DNA of 64,000 nt from Camelus ferus. Lineage: Eukaryota. Below are positions 55,829-64,000 of this stretch, in pieces. The translations under genes and the position numbers were made by a program. The notes under the pieces were generated by a model. That model made no database searches. It was not told where the DNA came from and worked only from the letters and a program-made list of their open reading frames with translations. The stretch covers positions 114,516,001 through 114,580,000 of the forward strand of contig NC_045697.1 of the NCBI RefSeq assembly GCF_009834535.1, written 5' to 3'. Each line of letters opens with the position of its first letter. Position 1 is the first letter of the stretch.

Positions 55829-56063
55829 AGATATATACATTTTAATATAGACTAAACATGCCTTCCTGATTTCTTGCATATAGCCTTAATTTGCTTGCCA
55901 TTTTTGACATTAAAAAAAATCTCTACTGCCATCCACATTTTTATTCCTACTAGGAAATAGTGAAGTATAATTCAAAGAGGTTTTGTTGGACACAAATGAC
56001 TTTTTAATAAATAGATGTAGAGGGAGGTTTGGCAACAGTCATTTGAGATTTACATTATTTTTA

Positions 56064-56104
56064 TATGTTCTGTGAATTAAGATTTTATGTTCTGTGAATT
56101 AAGA
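56064..56104. repeat. 22-bp-period direct duplication (tatgttctgtgaattaaga x2)
   Basis: Copies at 56064-56082 and 56086-56104. Confidence 0.85.
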
Positions 56105-56884
56105 AATATACTGAGTATCATCATTACGATCTTATGAACAGAGAGTTGCATTAACCTATTTAAAACATTCCTGAATCTGATCTTTGTGCCCTGCCAACGT
56201 GAAATTAAGATATATCGATAATCCTTTTGGCACTTCTACCTCTTACCTAATTTCAAAGTGGTCCATTTAATATCTTTTAAAATTTTAGAACACTGGAAAG
56301 CACTTTTTAAACTACCATAATATTTAGATTTACAGGAGAGAGATAGATCATGTCTATTCTTCAGATTCATAAAGTCATCATGAAAATTTCAAATTCATCA
56401 GGGAAACGGCTTTCCTTATTGTAGTTACAAGCGAAATAGAAACAATAGCCTTAAATTTTTATTATAAGTTGATACTATAAATAACTTAAAGATGCCCACT
56501 TTTTTATGATGATAAACTCGTGAATGATTTCCTAAGGCATGCACAGAAAGAAATCAAGAGCTTGAATTTAAGCAAGAAATAAAAGAATGACGATGTTGAG
56601 GAATAGTGTACCAGGTATACAAAAACGTACTGGACATGGAAGAAACGCACTATCATTTATTCATACTGTCTTAAGAGTTTCATTAGTAATTTCTAATTTT
56701 CCTCTTGTCCTCTGTTCAATAATCATTTAAAGGGGTTCTCTATAATTTCCTTCTTTTAATATAGAGGCTACAGTCTGATTTTCTAAAGTCAAGTGTGAGT
56801 CACTGCATCGTGTGCGTGTCTTATGTTGTATTGCCTGGTTGTAATTTTTGTTCTTAATGCTACTGCTATTGTACAGTATGTTAA

Positions 56885-57075
56885 TAGTGATTAAGAAAGA
56901 TTGAGCACTTTCTCTGGATCAGACAGTGAGCTAAGGATTTTTATGCACTGCCTCATTTAAAACTAGCAGCTACATAAATTTTTAGCTCTCTTCTACATAT
57001 GGTGAATCACTTCACTAATAAGTGTTGGAGCCAGCTATCAACTCAGTTTTGTCTAATTTCAGTGTCTTAGCCCTC
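56885..57075 (-). mobile_element. MIR fragment
   Basis: attgagcactt...cagacagtgagctaagga.ttt.atgca...ctcattta...aagtgttggagccag. Confidence 0.5.
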
Positions 57076-57866
57076 AATACGTTATAGGATTCAAGTCCTT
57101 TTTTCACTTTCGGGGTAAAACTTAACAACTAATGCGCTCTACCAATTATCCTAAAGTCACCTTTAAAACGTTTCCGTCTCTCCTAAGTACCACCACTACA
57201 GCAAAACTCAACAGATCCACACATACTCTCCTGCCAATTTGCATTTATTTGCAACATGTCTTTTCTTCATTGTCCAACTAATAAACCCTTTTGGGCTTCT
57301 CTCAAAACCACCTTTCATAAAATGTGTCATATAATCTCCCCAGCTGGGGTCCCCGTGGCCTTTTGAACTTGCATATTTTCTCACTTGTGCTTGAGGACAG
57401 GTGACCTCGGTTGGAAACTAGCTCTTCAGCCCCTTTACAACGTTTCATAGAGCATTTAAGTTCATTTTGATCAGTTTGGTTTTCCTCTTTCAGAGATAAA
57501 TGATTTCAGAAGGGACAGAGAAATACATGGTGTGATGTCCACAGGCCTGGGCAGACTCTGCATTCATATTTTGTTCTCTGCCCTTGTCTGACTTTTGAAT
57601 GTCTGCTTATTAATCCCTTCCTCTCCAGTCTCTAGACACAGCCCTAAGCTGAACCCCCTCCCCTCTCACCTTGCTACTGCAATGGACTCTGACTATTTCT
57701 CCAAACTTCTTATTTTCTCCATACTTCAGTTCACCAAGCAGAGAACCACTAAATTCTTTCTCCTAAGTTAAATCCAAACTGTGTTGAGCCACCCCCTGTA
57801 GCAGGCTGAGCTCCTAACGCTGATCTGCACGCATGGGCCGGCCAGTGTGGCGCTAAGTAGCCCCTA

Positions 57867-58320
57867 CACAGACTGACTTATGATGGTTTCACTTAGCATT
57901 TTTCCACTTTTAGATGATGTGGAAATGATACAAATTCAGTAAAAGCATAGTTCAAATTTTGATCTCTTCTCTGGTTAGAGATATGCTGTGGGATACTTTC
58001 TCGTGATGTGGGCGGCGGTAGCTCCCAGTCACCCCCACCACCAGGGAGGGTAAACAACAGGTGCACTTAACAGCCATTCTGTACCCAGGCAACCATTCTG
58101 TCTTTCGCATTCAGTATAGTATTCAGCCAATTACATGAGATTTCCAGTACATTGTTATAAAACAGGCTTTGTGTTAGATGCTTTTTACCCAACTGTAGGT
58201 CGATGTAAGTGTCCGGAGCCCATTTAAGATTAAGCTACGCTGTTCGGTGGGTTGAGTGTATTAAATGTGTTTTGACTTGCAGTGTTTACTTGCCTAGCCC
58301 CGTTGTGAATTAAGGTCTCG
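57867..58320 (+). mobile_element. Tigger5/MER47-like TcMar DNA transposon
   Basis: gacttatgatggtttcactta...caaccattctgt...tagtattca...attacatgaga...ttataaaacaggctttgtgttagatg...cccaactgtagg match recalled MER47/Tigger5b. Confidence 0.82.
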
Positions 58321-61300
58321 ACTTTGTTGTTTCCACTGAACTATTTGTTTTTGTCTCAAGTGCTCTTTCTGATTCTGATTTGGATCCTCTTAATTTATAT
58401 CTGTCTCCTGGCCAAACTCAAATGCTCTCCAGCTCAGGCAACTTTTTTCTATTCCTTGGTCGTTTATGGCACCACTCTCCTCAAAATTTATTTCTTCTTA
58501 AAGGCATTCAACCTCACATCAATTGTTAGTGTATTTCATCTATTTATTCCATATGACTGTATTAAGCAGTAACTATTCACATCCGAGACATTCTTCCAGA
58601 TTCCAACAGGAAATTAAGTATAGATTTTGCCTTATTTTCCTATAGTGCAATATGCTTATCACTGTTATTAACAAAGGATACAAACTATTTTTAAAAAGAA
58701 CTACTTTGGAACTGTAAGGACACAGATTGAAATTTAGTGAATCCTACTTACTGTTGTCTGCTGGGGTTCACTCTGCCCTCTTCGTAGGTCCAAGTCTTTT
58801 GCATAAGTATTTACACTTGCTACCTGGGGTTTGTTAGCAGATAGAGGGATTCCCAAACTGGAAACCCACCAAGAGCGTGGGCAAGCCTCCCCCAAATGTT
58901 TTTTCTCATCCACCAACTTACAAAGAATTCTAATAGAGGGAGGGAGACAAAGTGGAAAAAAAAAGAGCTGCTTGTATTGTTCAGAGAGAGAAAGAAAAGA
59001 AAAACACTGGAGTGGGGGGGAGCCATCAGGTCAAGAGAGCTCCAGCCCTCAATGGGGCCACAGGGTCTTTCACTGGAAGGCTCTGCCATCTTTATCTTCG
59101 TTCCGGTGGTGTCAGTTACCTCCTACTGGCTCTTTCCTCCCATGGAGCTCAGCCCTAAAACAGAAACTTCAGAGGTGGGGGAGAGAACAAAGAAAGAGAT
59201 ACTGGGCTGTGTCCTCGGGATGGATGCAGCAGCTGTGGGACATAAATAGTCCTGTCGTAGGACCGTGTTCTTGGAACCAGGGAGCCAGCTGTGGGATAAG
59301 AAAAATGTCCTGCCTTTCATCAGCCTGGCACTGCCTCCTGTTGGGAGCCAGTAAGGGACAGTCAGCCGCTCTCAGTGAAGCAGGGCACCTGACAGAGGCA
59401 CAGACAGACAGACTTCGACTTCTATCTGGGAGCAATAATTAATTCAAGCCCATGCCGAACCTATGTGATAAGCATGTCACTGGTGCTGGGGAAAGAGACT
59501 TCTGATTTCTGTGCATGCTGGTCTAGAGGATCTGTGAAGCCTGGATCTGAGACCAAGACAGAAGATAGCAGAGACAATACATTAAGGGAAAAAAAATGAG
59601 TTATGGTTATATTACTATGGAGCAAATTCCAGCTCTAATTGAGCTGGTTCTTTTTCCTCTGTATGAGCCCTCCGATTTTTATCTTTTTCTTTTTTTTTTA
59701 GTTTAAAAAAATTTGGACTGGTTATCCTATTATTTAAAAATGGAAGGGTCTAAGATTGGGTTTCTTTATGTCTAAAATACACACATTACCACCTTCACGC
59801 TATTTTGAGTTGATGGCAGCATTTTGTGTAGTTCCTGGCACACAACAGGAGATTCATAAACGCTATTTCCCTTTTCTCCTGGGATGACTAATTTGGTGTC
59901 ATAGTATCTTCTCAGTAGACACACTAATTAGCACTCAGGAAATATTTGTTAAAAAAAAAAAAAACACTACACTTAGTAATGTTTGTCTGAGTTGTCTGTC
60001 TAGGGTAGTGATTCTGCATAAAAGAAAGAAGTTCCCTGAGCTAAGTCCTAGTTTGTAGCTTGCTGAAAACTTCCCCGTGGACTTTGGTGCTGAGGAGACA
60101 GGGAGTTTCCACCTATCAACGTCTTAGGTAACACCTTGTGTAGCACCATATGGAGTTCACAATATTTGGATCCCTTGAGTCAGCTCAAGGGTCACACCAA
60201 ACCTATAAGACTGCTGTCTGCAGAAGTTTTGTTAGAGTTCCTGAAATTACAACAGTTATAGATCAGGGCATTTGCTTATTCAACCTGGTCATTTATCTAC
60301 GTGGCTTTCACAAATCCGTATTTTCTCTGAGTTCTAAGAAGAGAAAACTCACTAGGACTTTCCTTAAAGGAAAACTTTTATGTCATTGAGGATTTGACTG
60401 AAACTTGTGATTGAAGAAAACCTTGAACCCTGAGAACATTATAATTCTTTTAAGGTTTAAAGAATCAATTTTTTTTCTCTCTCTCTCAGGTAGATTTCAT
60501 TATAAATCTCCTAGATTGTTTGTTTGAGATTTATGTCTTTCATGGAATTCTAAAAATACTCTAGAGATATTTACTCAGTGAATTTTTTTTTTTTTCTGAT
60601 TCAAAGCAATGTGTGGATATTTCATTAGGCTTCTCAGTTTCAATTTAGCATCAACATACTTTACAGCAATGTCAAATAATTGGTAAGGTCTGTAAGTAAG
60701 TTAGAACCCTACATACTTTATGACTAATACTTTTTTGAAATGTATGATTCTTTTTTAAATAAATAGAATTTATCAAATGGTAACACAGTGAAATGTCATC
60801 TACCATTGACTGCTGACATTTGCTATATTTATTAAATAACTCATAAAACTCAGGAAGCTGTCTTATTTGTTCATTTTAACTTGGAATTTTAATATTGCTG
60901 CTGTAGAGAAACCAAATCATACTCTTTAGCAAACAGGGTATAGGAAGAGGCTCAAAACCAAGAACAGTTTTGTTTTGTTTTGTTCTGTTTTGTTTGTTTT
61001 GATCAGTTGTGAACACTGATGATTCACACACCTCCTGTGGCGAGCTCTGTTGAGGACTTCATCTTTGGCCAGAAATATTTCAAGAAAAAACGTTCTGTAA
61101 TAAAGATGACATGGAAGAATTCTTAATAAATACCTGTCAAATCAATTACAGGAGAATGTTTTGAAATGTCAGTGTCCAAGTGATCAATGATAAATCTGCA
61201 TGCTGATTACCGAATGAGCATCAAGCAGGTAAATGCTTGAACACTATCAAAATCTATGACTCAGTTTACTAGGAGCATCAGTATGTACCCAAAACAAGTT

Positions 61301-62374
61301 AAAAAATAATTTCCTGCAGCTATGTCTCTTACGCACAACATGTACCACCTAAACATCAATCCTACAGTGTAAGTCTTCTCAGACCCTTTGGAAAAAAAAT
61401 CATTAGTGGTGGATATCACAGTCATGATAGAGACCTTCATTTCTTCAAGGCTGAAAGGAAAATGTGGTAAAAGCAAAAATCTATAAAATAAAAAGTCATG
61501 GAGATGTGATATTTGGCAGGTCCAGGAGGAGGTCACTGTTTTGAACAGAATGAACAAATCACCAGCATAGTAGATGTTCATTAGGAAACTCAGAACAGCG
61601 TGAGAGAAACAAGACAGACAGAAACCCATCCTGCTGGAAAATGAGGTTGTCAGAGGCTTTCTGTAGGTGTAGGGAGAAAGGAAACAACTATGTTATCAAC
61701 AAATCCAGATATGCAATCACTCTCATGTTCTCGGCAAAAATAATGAATAGAACGAAGATCTGTATGTTGGTGAATCCCTTATGTGTTCAGTCCTGACATG
61801 TTCATTTTCAATGCCTCCTCCAGGATACTTAGCTATTCTTTTTTCTGCTTAGAAAGGAAAAAGAAAATCTAAAGTAGCCTTGTCATCGTGAGATGACCTG
61901 CAGAGTCACCTTACTCTTCTCCATGACTCTAATAATGAGAAGAGATTGCATTGCTTGACGTTATCTGTATCTGTCAGGACCTGCAGCTTCTGAACATGGC
62001 AAATAATCCATCTTTAGTTACTTACAGAATATATGCCAGGGCCAATTCACTTTGGCCATTACTTGGACAACATTCTTAACTTTAGATGTACAAAAGAATA
62101 GCTCTATAATTTGGTACGTGTATAACTTAATTTTTAATAATACCCATTTGAAAGTGTCAACTTCTTTCAATTTACCCTGTAAGCACATACATTTCACATA
62201 TGTACATAGATGTGTGTATTAAATCACCAGGGCTTGTATTATGCAGGTGTACACAGGTCGTCACACATTCTGATTGGTGGTGCCTAGACCCCAGCAGTTG
62301 TAAGATATTTTTAAATCATTCACAAATAATTGATCTTTAAGAAATGTTTAATCTGTACAAGGCAACATTTTGTC

Positions 62375-62545
62375 CTTTGCATGATTTAACCTATCACTAA
62401 CCATAGCAACCATACTATTTCCATTTCATGAATTAAGAAACAGACACACAGAGAAATTAAATGACTTTCTCAATTTTCACACTGTTATTAAATTTCAGGA
62501 ACTGAGATACATATGGTCATACTCTCCTTGGAGTGCTGTGTTTGA
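62375..62545 (-). mobile_element. MIR fragment
   Basis: tactatttccatttcatgaattaagaaacagacacacagagaaattaaatgactt.ctcaa..t.acac. Confidence 0.55.
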
Positions 62546-64000
62546 GTGTTTTTAAACACTTGACTCAGATGATAGCACTTCATGCCCCCAACCCACCCAC
62601 TCCCCCAACACACACATACACACGCTGACCTCTATGTACAGTTTGCCTTTACTGTTAGTTTACCTACTAATCTTTTTTTCTTTTGTTTTGTTTTGTGGAG
62701 AGATGTCAAAACTGTCATTCGATCAGATATAGATCTAAAACTTGTTTTATGGGATTTTTTTAAAGATATGCTCATTTTTAATGTGCATAAAAATAGCGTA
62801 TTATATTACAGGACATGGAATCAATTAAGTTAAATTGATTATAATGTGTAGTTTAATAATAATTGGGTCACGTTATGTTCTGGTGTTTTCAATGGTTAAA
62901 TTACTTCCAGTAGAACACAAGCATGTTCATTCCTTATTTTCATCATCATCTGATGGCTTCTTTCATAGCTGCCAGTGTGTTAAATACTCTGAGATCAACC
63001 GTGGTTGTATTCATTAGCAAATATTATTGGCATCAGCTTTAGAAAGGATACAACATATACTTATGTTTCAACTATGAAAGGAATGACTATAAAATAGATT
63101 TTCTTCATTTCTAATCCATCATATCAGGGTAGATTGTTTATCTATTTCAAAACATGACTTCATATATGCTAATTAAGTACTCTGTAAACAATTCAAGCAT
63201 CTGGAGTATAGTAGTTAATTCATTACACAGATTCATCAATTTAATTTTACTTTTGAATCTCTGTCCAGTAATGATATATTTTAATTCAATTCAATTATCT
63301 TTTGTTCATTTAGATTTATGAGTTGTAGAACTGAAAAATAACCTCGGGTGTTCCTTAGACTTTTATAAATATTTTTTTTCATGGAACATTGTAAAAATGC
63401 CATTCTATACCCATATAAAATGCTAATTGGGCAGCCCACTTTTCTTGATCATCAGCAAGAGATAAAAGGGGAATTAAAAGGCACCATGTGAAAGATTTTA
63501 GATAAAATGCTTTTGTTGAATGGTGTATTCATTTTCACGACCAGCGCATTCAGTGCAATGAGCCACTCACTTATTTCTAAGTAGCAGTTGTTATTTTTCT
63601 CTCTGGTCCATTATGAACATTAAAGGAAAAAAAAACAAGTATAAGCTTTGGGCCACTTAAAGATAAATATGAAAAAATCTCAAATGGTCAGATAGGCTCA
63701 CTGGCAGAGAATCATCTCAGCTACCTCCACGTTATCCCGCTTTTATAGGCAGCTGTTTGAGTTAAACTTCCTTACATCCACAGACCTCTACCAGCATTTC
63801 CTTCACCCTCTTCACCTTTAATGAAATTCCGTTCTCCTTACTGAAGAGCTGGGATTCTCATTCTAAACAGCCTTGATGCTGTAGGTCCGAGGGAGGGAGT
63901 CATTTTCTGCACCCTTTTTGCCCACACAGTCATTTACAGACATTGGTCCTACATCAACATAAGAAAAATAAAAAAGCATCCCGTTTAGAAATATGCAATC

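Noticed and set aside
58831..59442. 203-aa ORF as a protein-coding gene
   Set aside because: Non-ATG start, no recognisable domain and composition typical of random open frames.

Overview
AT-rich mammalian genomic DNA, most likely from a camelid, judging by the tRNA-Ala-like vic-1-type SINEs and the L1/ERV1 repeat set. The window lies inside the + strand of FSTL5 (follistatin-like 5). Four internal coding exons (1429-1547, 21654-21803, 37053-37160, 41378-41502) splice into one open frame, [15 protein letters not shown]...KLLGFQ|DEVCPK...QKVVQ|AVSTDP...SPTLQ|VITLAS...THMR, which is part of the C-terminal beta-propeller-like region. The start of the gene and its last exon lie outside the window. 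The rest is intron with many interspersed repeats (L1 pieces, often with intact target-site duplications, SINEs, solo LTRs, MaLR/MLT2, MER58B, MER82, Tigger5-like, L2, MIR) and simple repeats. I found no convincing new multi-gene system. The most notable items are a frame-required GC-AG intron, a GC3-rich and apparently faster-evolving exon next to a long polypurine tract, a composite TSD-flanked insertion that resembles an L1 3' transduction with 5' inversion, inverted repeat pairs around exons, two independent solo LTRs of one family, a 230-bp tandem duplication and a near-perfect palindrome. Repeat family names and human comparisons come from recall, not from database searches.
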